In this document: positions 8,261-17,389 of the stretch, one piece after another
Numbering within the stretch: the stretch's first letter is position 1
Layout: every line of letters begins with the position of its first letter
Assembly (NCBI GenBank): GCA_046080505.1
Contig: JBJTUC010000037.1
Location: 11,708-75,707, forward strand
Source of the DNA: Planctomycetota bacterium
GTDB taxonomy: Bacteria; Planctomycetota; Phycisphaerae; Phycisphaerales; SM1A02
Direction of reading: 5' to 3'
DNA length: 64,000 nt
The notes under the pieces: model-generated
What the model saw: the letters and a program-made list of their open reading frames with translations, nothing else
Database searches by the model: none
Told to the model about the DNA's origin: nothing
Made by a program: the position numbers and the translations under genes

Positions 8261-10528
8261 CTATCGGTCCTGCTGCTGTTTGCCGCGCGCATCGCCACCG
8301 ACAAGCGCTACGCGCAGCCGCTCGACGAGGGCCGCATCTTGTGCTCGGCGCGCAGCGTCTGGTCGCCGCCCCGCGAAGCGGATCAGGTAGTAGCGGTCGA
8401 TGATGGCATGGAACGCCTCTGCCGCCGCGGGGCGAGCGGACTGCACGGTGGAGGCGAACGCGCGCGGCGACTGCCACGCGGGTCGAGTGCACCCAACCTG
8501 TGCGAGCAGCGCAAGTGCATCGGCGTAGAACGCTCCATCGCGGAGCGCAATCTGTGTGCGCATGCGCCCAGTGCGCGTCATGCCAAGAAAGACTCGCCGC
8601 CGCTGCAGCCGCCGCCACAGCAGGATCGCGGCACTGATCGAGAAGGCCGTGCCGACCGTGACCGCTGCGATCCAGACCACTCCCGCCTGCGGAACGCCGG
8701 TGCGTTCGGCAAGCGACTCCGCCATGGCGCTTGGCCATGCGCGTGCTTGGCGATAGGTGCGTGCGATCCACTCATTGAAGCCGCGAACAAACTCCTCCTG
8801 CGCGAGCGAGTCGAACCGCTCGATCCTCTCTCGCCACGCGTCCTCGAGAGGACCCAGCAGGAACCGAAGCACCTGCCCCCACACGCCGCGCTCCGAAGCA
8901 AGGGACGTGTCATCCGCCATCGGCGTTGGATCGAGCACCGTCCACTGCACGTTGCCGCTGCGAATCTCCACCCACGCATGCGCATCTGCCTCACGCACCG
9001 CGTAGCGGCGATCACTTGCGTCATACTCATGCACAATGAACCCCGTCACAATCCGTGCGTCAACGCCGACGGACTGACACAGCGCGCACAGCGCACTCGC
9101 GAAGTACTCGCAGTGACCGAAGCGGTACTCGTTCAAGAAGAGATCGATCGGGTCACGCCCCTGACGCTGAATGAACCCGCGCAAATCGAGGCTGTAGTTG
9201 AAGCGCGCCGATCGAAGTCGCTCCTCAAACACTCTGCCGACTCTGATGTTGCGCGCCCAGCGTTCATCGCCTTCCGCCGATGCCGTGAGACTGCTCAGCC
9301 CAGCTTCCTCGAACCACTGAAGCGCGGTGGCACGAACCACCTCCACAGGAAAGGTCGGCGGCGGTGGAAGCCGCGTTGGATTTCCCTGTAACGCAGTGAG
9401 CGAAGACTCCGAAGGAAAGGGCTGAACGCGCGCCTCGTAGCCGCGAACCACCCCTGCCGTTTCGATGTCCACAAGCTTGAGCGAACAACTGCTCGGCGAG
9501 TAGCCGAACACTTGCGAGTTCAGACCGCGAATCGAGATCGGCACCCACGGCGTAAAGATGATGTCCGTGTAGAGCCCGCGAAAGTTCACCTGTAATGTGT
9601 GTGTATTGATGCGTTCATCGATCGGGGACAGCGCGAGGGGCGAGCGATCCGTTCCGTTGTTGATGATGAAGCGCTGGCTCGGCCCGATGCGCGCGAACCA
9701 GCGGAACTCCACGGGGTCGTAACGATCGAGCACCTGCCCGCGTAGACGGAGTGTTTCTGCGACCGAGGGTGGCTTCCCATCAGGTCCGCGCCAATCCACC
9801 GACAGCAGTTCGCGATCACCTGGTTCGATCCACTGCGGCGAGCGCAGCGAGAGATCGGAAGGAAACCCAATGCGCGATCCACGCCCCGAGCCAAAAAGCG
9901 GGCCGCACGGATTGGGGTTGCGCGGCAGGATCACGAAGATCGCCGCGCTCGTCAGCAGGGCAAGCACGAGCGCCGCGAGAATCACACGGCGAAGGTCCCG
10001 TTCCGCCTGCGTCTTGCCGCGCGGCGCACGCGCGCGAGTGACGCTTGGAGTACGCGCGAGCGCGTTCGGTGTCAGCAGTCGAAAGCGAACCACGCAGTCC
10101 ACCGCAAGCGCGGTGCCGATGATGATCAGCAGACCGACTGCAAGATCGATGCTGTGCAGCCCCGCCGCCACAAGCAGCACACCCGACAGCAGCACGACCT
10201 GCCGCTCATCACTGATCGTTCTTCGCGCCCAGAGTCGCACCAACATGCCGAAGAACACACCGAGACCGATCCATCGCGGGATCCGCACAGGATCCAGTCG
10301 CGGCCAGACCTGGCTGATCACCACGGCTGCGATGACGGTGACCAACACCACAACGACATTGGGATGCAGCATGCGGCGCGTGCACCGACCCGTCCACAGC
10401 CAACTCGCCCACGCCACCGCAACGGCCGCCAGTCCAAGCGCGAGACTTCGCTGACTCAGCGCGAACGCAAGCAACGACACCATCGACAACCAGAGCGCAT
10501 GTCGGCGGCAGGTGATCACATCGTTCAT
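8261..10528 (-). CDS. Transglutaminase-like protein with N-terminal polytopic membrane domain (TgpA/DUF3488-type)
   Basis: Transglutaminase core GHCEYFASALCALCQSVGVDARIVTGF...DAHAWVEI, with multiple N-terminal TM helices. The ATG overlaps the upstream stop (ATGA). Confidence 0.85.
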   Translation of the reverse strand: MNDVITCRRHALWLSMVSLLAFALSQRSLALGLAAVAVAWASWLWTGRCTRRMLHPNVVVVLVTVIAAVVISQVWPRLDPVRIPRWIGLGVFFGMLVRLWARRTISDERQVVLLSGVLLVAAGLHSIDLAVGLLIIIGTALAVDCVVRFRLLTPNALARTPSVTRARAPRGKTQAERDLRRVILAALVLALLTSAAIFVILPRNPNPCGPLFGSGRGSRIGFPSDLSLRSPQWIEPGDRELLSVDWRGPDGKPPSVAETLRLRGQVLDRYDPVEFRWFARIGPSQRFIINNGTDRSPLALSPIDERINTHTLQVNFRGLYTDIIFTPWVPISIRGLNSQVFGYSPSSCSLKLVDIETAGVVRGYEARVQPFPSESSLTALQGNPTRLPPPPTFPVEVVRATALQWFEEAGLSSLTASAEGDERWARNIRVGRVFEERLRSARFNYSLDLRGFIQRQGRDPIDLFLNEYRFGHCEYFASALCALCQSVGVDARIVTGFIVHEYDASDRRYAVREADAHAWVEIRSGNVQWTVLDPTPMADDTSLASERGVWGQVLRFLLGPLEDAWRERIERFDSLAQEEFVRGFNEWIARTYRQARAWPSAMAESLAERTGVPQAGVVWIAAVTVGTAFSISAAILLWRRLQRRRVFLGMTRTGRMRTQIALRDGAFYADALALLAQVGCTRPAWQSPRAFASTVQSARPAAAEAFHAIIDRYYLIRFAGRRPDAARRAQDAALVERLRVALVGGDARGKQQQDR

Positions 10529-11529
10529 GGGAATCTCCCAGGAACAATCCGAAGCGCAGTGCCGAAGGCTTCGACTGTGCCGAGCTGCACCGCATGCCGC
10601 GGCGTGATGAGATCGATTCGCGCCAACGCATCCTGTTGCGCGGCGAGCCCACTCACGACCTGTGGCTCCGCTCCCTCAACTTCGAGCCCGGCGATCACCA
10701 GTTGCACGATCCACCCATCCGCGTGTGCGCGAGAGAGCACACTTGCCGTCCACTCGATCGCGCTCTCTTCGGCACTCTCGGTGGCAGTGCCCTCCGTGCG
10801 AGTCAGATCCAGCGTCACGGACAGTGACTTCCGAGCAGGAACGGCACGCTCAATCACGACGGGCTCCATCAGCGCAGCGCTTCGACGCCATGCCACATGG
10901 CGCACAGAGTCGCCGCTTCGATACTCCCGAAGCCCAATGAAGTCCTCATGCCCACCCGTGCGTTGCTGCGCGGCATGTGCACCGGGCGCGGCACCCACGA
11001 GCGTGCGCAGCATCAGCGGATCGATCACATGTTGCCGCGGATGCACGAGCACATCGCAGGGATCACTCCACTCCACCGACTTCAGAATCAGACCGAAGGG
11101 GAATCCGCTGACACACCGAAAGCGCTGCAGTCGCAACACCCCGCGCCGTACGGGTGTGATGGTGGAACGCACTTGCGCATGACCGCCGCGCGAGCAATGT
11201 TCGAGCCGCGTCAGCGACTGCGCCGTTTCCGCCACTTCGCTGATCGTGACATCGAAGATCGGCCACAGTCGCGAGGCACTCGCCACTTCGTAGCGAATCT
11301 CGAAGGACTCACCGACGCGCGCGACCCGCGGAGCGCGGCGACGCACTCGGAGCGCCATCATCATGCCGCCCGAGACCACGCCCGAGACCACGATCCATGC
11401 GAGCATCGATGCGAAGACCCAGACGAGCATGTTCTCCGTGCGCTGCGCGCTCGCGGCGCCGATGAGCAGTGCCAGCCCAGCGAACACCAACCCGGGCCAT
11501 CGAATGTGATAGCGGCGGCGCGGACTCAC
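10525..11529 (-). CDS. DUF58 domain protein
   Basis: Contains FIGLREYRSGDSVRHVAWRRSA and N-terminal RRRYHIRWPGLVFAGLALLIGAAS. I chose the GTG at 11529 because it forms a GTGA overlap with the upstream stop. Confidence 0.8.
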   Translation of the reverse strand: MSPRRRYHIRWPGLVFAGLALLIGAASAQRTENMLVWVFASMLAWIVVSGVVSGGMMMALRVRRRAPRVARVGESFEIRYEVASASRLWPIFDVTISEVAETAQSLTRLEHCSRGGHAQVRSTITPVRRGVLRLQRFRCVSGFPFGLILKSVEWSDPCDVLVHPRQHVIDPLMLRTLVGAAPGAHAAQQRTGGHEDFIGLREYRSGDSVRHVAWRRSAALMEPVVIERAVPARKSLSVTLDLTRTEGTATESAEESAIEWTASVLSRAHADGWIVQLVIAGLEVEGAEPQVVSGLAAQQDALARIDLITPRHAVQLGTVEAFGTALRIVPGRFP

Positions 11530-11981
11530 ATGCACTGCCCAAGAAGAGCCAACACAAACAGTACGACCGCAGCGATCGCCACCACACGCCCCGCTTCCGC
11601 CAGCCACCGCCCGCTCGCGGTGAACACCCCACGCGCACCCAGCTTCCGTGCCGCATGATCTTCTTCACCGACATCCACGCTGTCCCAGTCGACGCTGTCG
11701 GCGAGATACTTGTTCGCGCGCAGGACGCCCTTCGCGCGCTCGAGGTCGCCTGCACGCACTTGCACCGGCACACCGCCGAGCAGACGACTTCCCGATCCCG
11801 TCAATCCGAACGCGCCGAGCGCAGCGCCGAACACCGCCGCTTCAACGCCACCATCACGAAGTACCGCTGCAATCGTCTGCGCCTCGAAGTCGCTTGTGGC
11901 GACATGCACCGTCACCAGTTCGGAGGGATCCGCCGAGTCCGAGGAATCACCCTGCATGGTCCGTGCCATCCTCCGTCTCAT
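11526..11981 (-). CDS. DUF2007-like small domain protein with C-terminal TM helix
   Basis: LVTVHVATSDFEAQTIAAVLRDGGVEAAVFG...VQVRAGDLERAKGVL resembles the DUF2007 fold. The start is ambiguous (ATG at 11981, 11969 or 11957). Confidence 0.5.
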   Translation of the reverse strand: MRRRMARTMQGDSSDSADPSELVTVHVATSDFEAQTIAAVLRDGGVEAAVFGAALGAFGLTGSGSRLLGGVPVQVRAGDLERAKGVLRANKYLADSVDWDSVDVGEEDHAARKLGARGVFTASGRWLAEAGRVVAIAAVVLFVLALLGQCM

Positions 11982-13368
11982 TCGCCGCTTCTGGTCCCTC
12001 GCCCTCGGGCCAGTCGTTCTCGCCGATCTGCAGATCGCGAATCTTGTCCACCGCCTTCAGCAGTTGCTCCGACGCCTCGGGATCGAACATGAAGCCGATG
12101 ATCTGCACACGCCAATCCGCCACTGACTGGCGCGTCACCGTCAGCAGATCGCCGGGCTTCAGATCGGCACGCGTTGCAGGCTGCTCCAACACCTTCACGC
12201 GCACCTGGTCGTGATCGATCGCCTGCACGGCCATCCACGAATGCTCGACGCGTCCGCCCTCGCCTGCATCGAGAGGTGCCTGCACCACAAAGGACTTGCG
12301 CGCGAGCGCAACCCACTGCGGCCTTCCTGTTCGGATCAGATTGGTGAACGCCATCGCGAATGAGGGCCATGTCGCTTGCGCGCGGCGCCCCGCATTCTGC
12401 AGCCAGCGTTCACTCATGTACACCACCGCGCGGTCCGATGCGATTCGATCGACGACATCGCGTGGCCACGACCATGCCTTTGCGTACTGACCTGCGGGCT
12501 CCTGGCCGCAGATCACCGCTCGCTCCATGCCGAACTCCTCATAGCCCTGCTGACGGACTTCCGCTCGCCAAGCGGCGGAACCCGCCGTCTTGGGTTCGAT
12601 GAAACGCACCACATCCTCCACGCGCTGCAGCGAAATGGTCAGCCCATCGCCGATCGTGACGCGTCCGCCAGGCTGCGGGAGATCACCACCGAGCAGCATT
12701 CCTGCAAGCGTGAAGATGACAACCGACGCCTGATCCGCAAGATCGACGGGCACTTCATCCATCTCCAGTTCAGGGAGTCCGCAGCGCGCCAGTCCCTGCG
12801 TGCCGAGCACCACGCAAGCCTCGTTGCCCCCAGGCAGCGGGCCGTACCGAGCCAGTTTCCACAGGGGTCGGTCCGTGGGCGTTGCCGCCTCGGTGATGAA
12901 CTCATGCTCCAGTTGCTCACGCGAATTCACCTCGCCCGTCACCACATCGAGGACTGCGATGATGTCAGGCAGCGATCCGCCGAGCAGTCCCATCACCATG
13001 AAATACTCCTCCGCGGCGTCCTCGGTCGCGAGGATCAGTTGAAGTCGAATGACCCATGGTGCTTCGATGCCGTCTTCACTGATCTGCTCCTGATCGCGCT
13101 GCGACAACTCGCTCGCACGCTCGCACCAGACGACCATGCCCGACTCGATGCCCGGCACCTGCAGACGCACGGCCCACAACTCGCCGCGATTCTCCTCCGA
13201 CTCGACAGCCTCGTGCTCGATGCCATCTCCCACCCACGCCTCCACGGCAGCGATGAACTCCGCGCGCGTGCAAGCATCTGCATGCGGCCAGAACGCGACG
13301 AATCCACTCTCCTGCGGCTCGAGATTCCACCCGTCTCCCGAGTCGTGATTCGACTGCTCCTCTGCCAT
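11947..13368 (-). CDS. Acidic hypothetical protein with C-terminal DUF2314-like domain (possibly DUF4026+DUF2314 architecture)
   Basis: The C-terminal RVEHSWMAVQAIDHDQVRVKVLEQPATRADLKPGDLLTVTRQSVADW matches the DUF2314 pattern. The assignment of the N-terminal 350 aa is from memory only. Confidence 0.5.
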   Translation of the reverse strand: MAEEQSNHDSGDGWNLEPQESGFVAFWPHADACTRAEFIAAVEAWVGDGIEHEAVESEENRGELWAVRLQVPGIESGMVVWCERASELSQRDQEQISEDGIEAPWVIRLQLILATEDAAEEYFMVMGLLGGSLPDIIAVLDVVTGEVNSREQLEHEFITEAATPTDRPLWKLARYGPLPGGNEACVVLGTQGLARCGLPELEMDEVPVDLADQASVVIFTLAGMLLGGDLPQPGGRVTIGDGLTISLQRVEDVVRFIEPKTAGSAAWRAEVRQQGYEEFGMERAVICGQEPAGQYAKAWSWPRDVVDRIASDRAVVYMSERWLQNAGRRAQATWPSFAMAFTNLIRTGRPQWVALARKSFVVQAPLDAGEGGRVEHSWMAVQAIDHDQVRVKVLEQPATRADLKPGDLLTVTRQSVADWRVQIIGFMFDPEASEQLLKAVDKIRDLQIGENDWPEGEGPEAANETEDGTDHAG

Positions 13369-13415
13369 GCCCCCTACGCTAGCGGTTTCGGCGGCGGATT
13401 TCTCATCCCGATCAA

Positions 13416-16223
13416 TCAGCCCTCGAGCACAAGATTGACCATCCTGCGCGGAACAACGATCACCTTGCGCGGCGCCTTGCCGCCGAGCAATGCCTGCACC
13501 TTGCCATCGGCGAGCGCGATGCGTTCCACTTCGCCCGCATCAGCGTTTGCCGGAACGGTGATGCGTGCACGCACTTTCCCCTGCACCTGCACGGGCAACT
13601 CGACAGTCTGATCCTCGAGCAGTGATGCATCCACCGTCGGCCAGTTCGCCGCGCAGACGCTGCCCGACTGGCCAAGTCGCTGCCACAATTCCTCGGCAAG
13701 GTGCGGAGCAAAGGGCGCAAGTGCGCGCAGAAAGCGCTCCATCTGTCCGTGCGTGAGCCCGCCCTCCGCCGGATCCTTCATCTCTGTCGGGCGCGTTGCG
13801 GCATTCACCAACTCGATCAGCGATGCGATCGCCGTGTTGAACGCCAACCGCTCGATGTCCTGCCCAACCTTGTGAATCGTGCGCGCCAATTGCCGCTCGA
13901 CATCGGCGTTCGGAGAGCGCGCGAGCAGCAGACTGCCATCGCGCTCGTCGACCGCCAGTCGCCAGACTCGCTGCAGGAATCTGAACACGCCCGCGATATC
14001 GCGCGTGTTCCATGGCTTCGATGCCTCCAGCGGTCCCATGTACATCTCATAGAGGCGGAAGGTGTCCGCGCCGTACTCCGCGATCACATCGTCAGGGTTC
14101 ACGACATTGCGCAGGCTCTTCGACATCTTGGCGACGATCTGCACGACACGCTCGCCACTCGCACGCTCGGTGAATGTGCCGTCGCCACACTCCTCCACCT
14201 CATCGACGGGCACCAGCGAGCGGTCCGCACGCTGATAGGCGTAACTGGTGATCAAGCCCTGATGGAAGAGTCGCGCCATTGGCTCGGCGGTGCCGACATG
14301 CCCAAGGTCGAAGAGCATCTTGTGCCAAAAGCGCGCATAGAGCAGGTGCAGCACGGCGTGTTCACTTCCGCCCACATACAGATCGACGCCGTTCTTTCCC
14401 ATCCAGTAGCGCTCCGCTTGCGGATCCACGAACGCGCTGCCGCACTTCGGCGAACAGTAACGCAGGTAGTACCAACAGCTGCCGGCCCAGCCAGGCATCG
14501 TGTTCGTCTCGCGTGTGACGGGTGTCGATGGCGGCAACACCGATGGATCGACGCCCGCCTCGCCTGCAGTGGTGGCTACCCATTCGCGCGCCTTCGCGAG
14601 CGGCGGCTGTGGCGAATCGCTTTCCACAGGGCTGTAGTCCGCGAGCGGCGGCAGTCGCACTGGCAGCGCACGATCGCTGACGGGATAGTGATTGCCCTCC
14701 GTATCGAACACGACCGGGAACGGCTCGCCCCAATAACGCTGTCGGCTGAAGAGCCAGTCACGGAGCCTGTACTGCACGCGCAGTGATCCGGCGCCGCGCG
14801 CTTCGAGCCAGGCGATCACGGCGCGCTTCGACTCCGCCGTTCGCAGGCCGTCGAGATGAAGTCCCGATGCCTTGCTCTCGCTGTTGACGTTCGTGCCCTC
14901 ACCTGTTGTTGCCGCTTCGCCTGTCCACGAAGCACCTTCGATCTCCACCACCTGCACGATCGGCAGGGTGAACGCCTTGGCGAACTCGAAGTCGCGCTCA
15001 TCATGCGCAGGCACGGCCATGATCGCGCCCGTGCCATAGCTGATGAGCACATAGTCTGCGGTCCAAATCGGAATGCGCTTGCCTGTCGCGGGATTCACAG
15101 CGAACAGTCCCGTCGCAACGCCGCTCTTCTTTTTCGACTCCTGCCGCTCGACATCCGATCGATTGCGCGCCCACGCCACATAGTCGGCGAGTTCCCCACC
15201 CGCCCCGCGCGCGACGGCACGCTGCACAAGAGGATGCTCGGGCGCGACCACCATGTAGGTCGCTCCGAAAATCGTGTCGGGGCGCGTGGTAAATACCGTC
15301 AGAGGATCTTGCTCGCCCTCAACGACGAAATGGATCTCCGCGCCTTCACTGCGCCCGATCCACTCCGTCTGCATCGTGCGAGTCGAATCAGGCCAATCCA
15401 CCGTCGCGAGATCCGCGAGCAGCCGATCCGCGTACGCGGTGATGCGGAACATCCACTGCCGCAGCGGCATGCGGACCACGGGGTGACCGCCGCGCTCACT
15501 GCGCCCATCGATGACTTCCTCGTTCGCAAGAACAGTACCGAGCTTCGCGCACCAGTTCACCATCTGCGTGCCGAGGTACGCCAGACGGAACGAATCGAGA
15601 TGCGATTGCCGCTGCCGCCGAGTGCAGGCACTCCACCGCGTCTGAACACCCGGCGCGGTCTCGATGCTCTGGTCTTCTCGGGCAAGTCGTGACTCCAACT
15701 GCGCGATTGGACGCGCAGCCTGCACCGCCGGATCGAACCAACTGCCATACGCGAGCAGCCAGATCCACTGCGTCCAGCGGTAGTAGTCCGGCTCGATCGT
15801 CGCGAACTCGCGCGACCAGTCGTACATGAATCCGAACCGTTGCAACTGGCGACGAAAGTTGTCGATCGCCTTCTTGGTCGTGACCTCCGGGTGCACGCCC
15901 GTGGTGATCGCGTACTGCTCGGCGGGCAATCCGAATGCATCCCATCCCATCGGATGCAGCACCTGAAAACCGCGCATCACCTTGTAGCGCGAGAGAATGT
16001 CCGTCGCGGTGTACCCCTCCGGATGCCCGACATGCAGACCTGCACCCGAGGGATACGGGAACATATCGAGCACATAGAACTTCGGCTTCGATGCATCAAA
16101 GCCCACATCGCCGGGATTCGGCACACGCATGGAACCGCTGCGTTGCCACTCGGCCTGCCAGCGCAGTTCGATCTCGCACGCAAAACGCGCGTCGTACCGG
16201 TGCGGTGTCTGCTGATCGGCCAT
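13416..16223 (-). CDS. leuS: Leucine--tRNA ligase
   Basis: Class I HIGH motif (PYPSGAGLHVGHPEGY), KMSKS motif (VAKMSKSLRNVV), and LeuS blocks throughout. The start is placed at MADQQTPHRYD; the ORF stays open further upstream. Confidence 0.95.
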   Translation of the reverse strand: MADQQTPHRYDARFACEIELRWQAEWQRSGSMRVPNPGDVGFDASKPKFYVLDMFPYPSGAGLHVGHPEGYTATDILSRYKVMRGFQVLHPMGWDAFGLPAEQYAITTGVHPEVTTKKAIDNFRRQLQRFGFMYDWSREFATIEPDYYRWTQWIWLLAYGSWFDPAVQAARPIAQLESRLAREDQSIETAPGVQTRWSACTRRQRQSHLDSFRLAYLGTQMVNWCAKLGTVLANEEVIDGRSERGGHPVVRMPLRQWMFRITAYADRLLADLATVDWPDSTRTMQTEWIGRSEGAEIHFVVEGEQDPLTVFTTRPDTIFGATYMVVAPEHPLVQRAVARGAGGELADYVAWARNRSDVERQESKKKSGVATGLFAVNPATGKRIPIWTADYVLISYGTGAIMAVPAHDERDFEFAKAFTLPIVQVVEIEGASWTGEAATTGEGTNVNSESKASGLHLDGLRTAESKRAVIAWLEARGAGSLRVQYRLRDWLFSRQRYWGEPFPVVFDTEGNHYPVSDRALPVRLPPLADYSPVESDSPQPPLAKAREWVATTAGEAGVDPSVLPPSTPVTRETNTMPGWAGSCWYYLRYCSPKCGSAFVDPQAERYWMGKNGVDLYVGGSEHAVLHLLYARFWHKMLFDLGHVGTAEPMARLFHQGLITSYAYQRADRSLVPVDEVEECGDGTFTERASGERVVQIVAKMSKSLRNVVNPDDVIAEYGADTFRLYEMYMGPLEASKPWNTRDIAGVFRFLQRVWRLAVDERDGSLLLARSPNADVERQLARTIHKVGQDIERLAFNTAIASLIELVNAATRPTEMKDPAEGGLTHGQMERFLRALAPFAPHLAEELWQRLGQSGSVCAANWPTVDASLLEDQTVELPVQVQGKVRARITVPANADAGEVERIALADGKVQALLGGKAPRKVIVVPRRMVNLVLEG

Positions 16224-16311
16224 GGAAGACGGCGGAGGATACGGCGCAGCGGCACGCATGCGCCCGCGCCCGCCCTCTGCATCCGAACGCACTCAGCGCA
16301 GCGAGCAGCGG

Positions 16312-16914
16312 TCAGAACCCGACCGAGTTCTTCGTGCCCTGCTTCGTCATGTCGACTGTCTTGGTCCACGCTTCCACACCCGATCGGATATTGGTCAGCG
16401 TCAAACGGAAGGTGTAGGTGGTCTGCTGCGTGTTGCCGGCTTGACGCTTCACCTGGGTGATCTTGCCCGACAACGAGAAGTCAGGGGACGGCATCCCGTC
16501 GACCGCGTTCCCTTGGCGGAACGCTTGTGCGCGGAGCTGTTCCTGCGCCGTCTTGTCCTCGGCATTGGCACCGAAGGTCGTGATCACGGTTGCTTGGCCA
16601 CTGTTCACCAGTTGCTCACGCATGCGGTACAGCAACTCACCGACATCGAACTGCGAACTCGTGTCGTTCACCACTTTGTCGATCACAAGCTGTGCCGGCT
16701 TTGCATTGGCGGTCTTGAGAATGCCGGTCTCGATGAGGGACTCGAGCATGCCCGACGAAGCCTTGAGAATGTCCTGCATATCGACATCGCCAACGCTCAC
16801 GACCGACTGTGGGCTCCCCTTCTCCACATACTTGGCGGGCGAACCGCAGCCGAGGACGACGAAGGTGCTCATGATGCTGATGAATGCGGCAGGACGAACG
16901 GCGAGGGATTTCAT
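16312..16914 (-). CDS. LpoB-like lipoprotein (penicillin-binding protein activator family, COG3417)
   Basis: Lipobox VVLGC. QLVIDKVVNDTSSQFDVGELLYRMREQL and FSLSGKITQVKRQAGNTQQTTYTFRLTLTNIRSG are typical of LpoB/YcfM. Confidence 0.65.
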   Translation of the reverse strand: MKSLAVRPAAFISIMSTFVVLGCGSPAKYVEKGSPQSVVSVGDVDMQDILKASSGMLESLIETGILKTANAKPAQLVIDKVVNDTSSQFDVGELLYRMREQLVNSGQATVITTFGANAEDKTAQEQLRAQAFRQGNAVDGMPSPDFSLSGKITQVKRQAGNTQQTTYTFRLTLTNIRSGVEAWTKTVDMTKQGTKNSVGF

Positions 16915-16969
16915 AGGTCACTCCACGGTGTGTTTGAGGGGGATGATTTGGTTCGAGAACGCAGTCCAG

Positions 16970-17389
16970 TCACTCGTCGGCGCGCCGCACCTGCAGGCGG
17001 AAGTCCGTCGCCGCTTCGCTTGGAGCGATCGCACGGATCGTGGTGGATCCTCCCGAAGGAACATTGCTGGTCTTCCACACGGAAAGCTGCGATGGAATCA
17101 CGCTGCCGTTGGCATCGACCCAATCAAATCGATAGGAAAACCCTCGGTAACTGAAGCCGTTGTTGATCACATCGACTTGCACTTCAAGCGGACCACCTTT
17201 GCTTGGGAACATGCGCACCTCGCCGGCACTCAAGAAGATCTGCGTGAGCGCATCGTTCACCTGTGTCTTGGTTGGAACGGCCGTAGCGGAGGGCGTGGTG
17301 CGGGTGTAGGTCGTGTTGACCGAACCACACGCAGTCAGTGCGGTCGCCACCGCGAACAACGCAATTCGAAGAAATCGGGTCATGGTCAT
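16970..17389 (-). CDS. YcfL-like (DUF1425) lipoprotein
   Basis: Lipobox LTAC. The ...LEVQVDVINNG...FSYRFDWVDANGSVI... pattern matches YcfL. The ATG overlaps the upstream stop (ATGA). Confidence 0.6.
   Translation of the reverse strand: MTMTRFLRIALFAVATALTACGSVNTTYTRTTPSATAVPTKTQVNDALTQIFLSAGEVRMFPSKGGPLEVQVDVINNGFSYRGFSYRFDWVDANGSVIPSQLSVWKTSNVPSGGSTTIRAIAPSEAATDFRLQVRRADE

Noticed and set aside
8015-9391. Long plus-strand ORF over the transglutaminase gene; similar cases at 10154-11182, 26541-27692, 28080-29444, 36822-37859, 46287-47552, 58745-59389
   Set aside because: Each is opposite or out of frame to a gene with clear family motifs. The translations are Arg/Pro/Ser-rich low-complexity sequence characteristic of wrong frames in high-GC DNA.
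16224-16292. Upstream in-frame extensions of many ORFs (leuS to 16292, folC to 22975, ftsY to 28756, htrA to 57668, moxR to 38490, thyX to 54717 and others)
   Set aside because: The extensions are Arg/Ala/Ser-rich, lack homology-like motifs and often overlap the upstream gene. I preferred internal ATG or GTG codons that sit just before conserved N-terminal blocks or form 4-nt stop/start overlaps.
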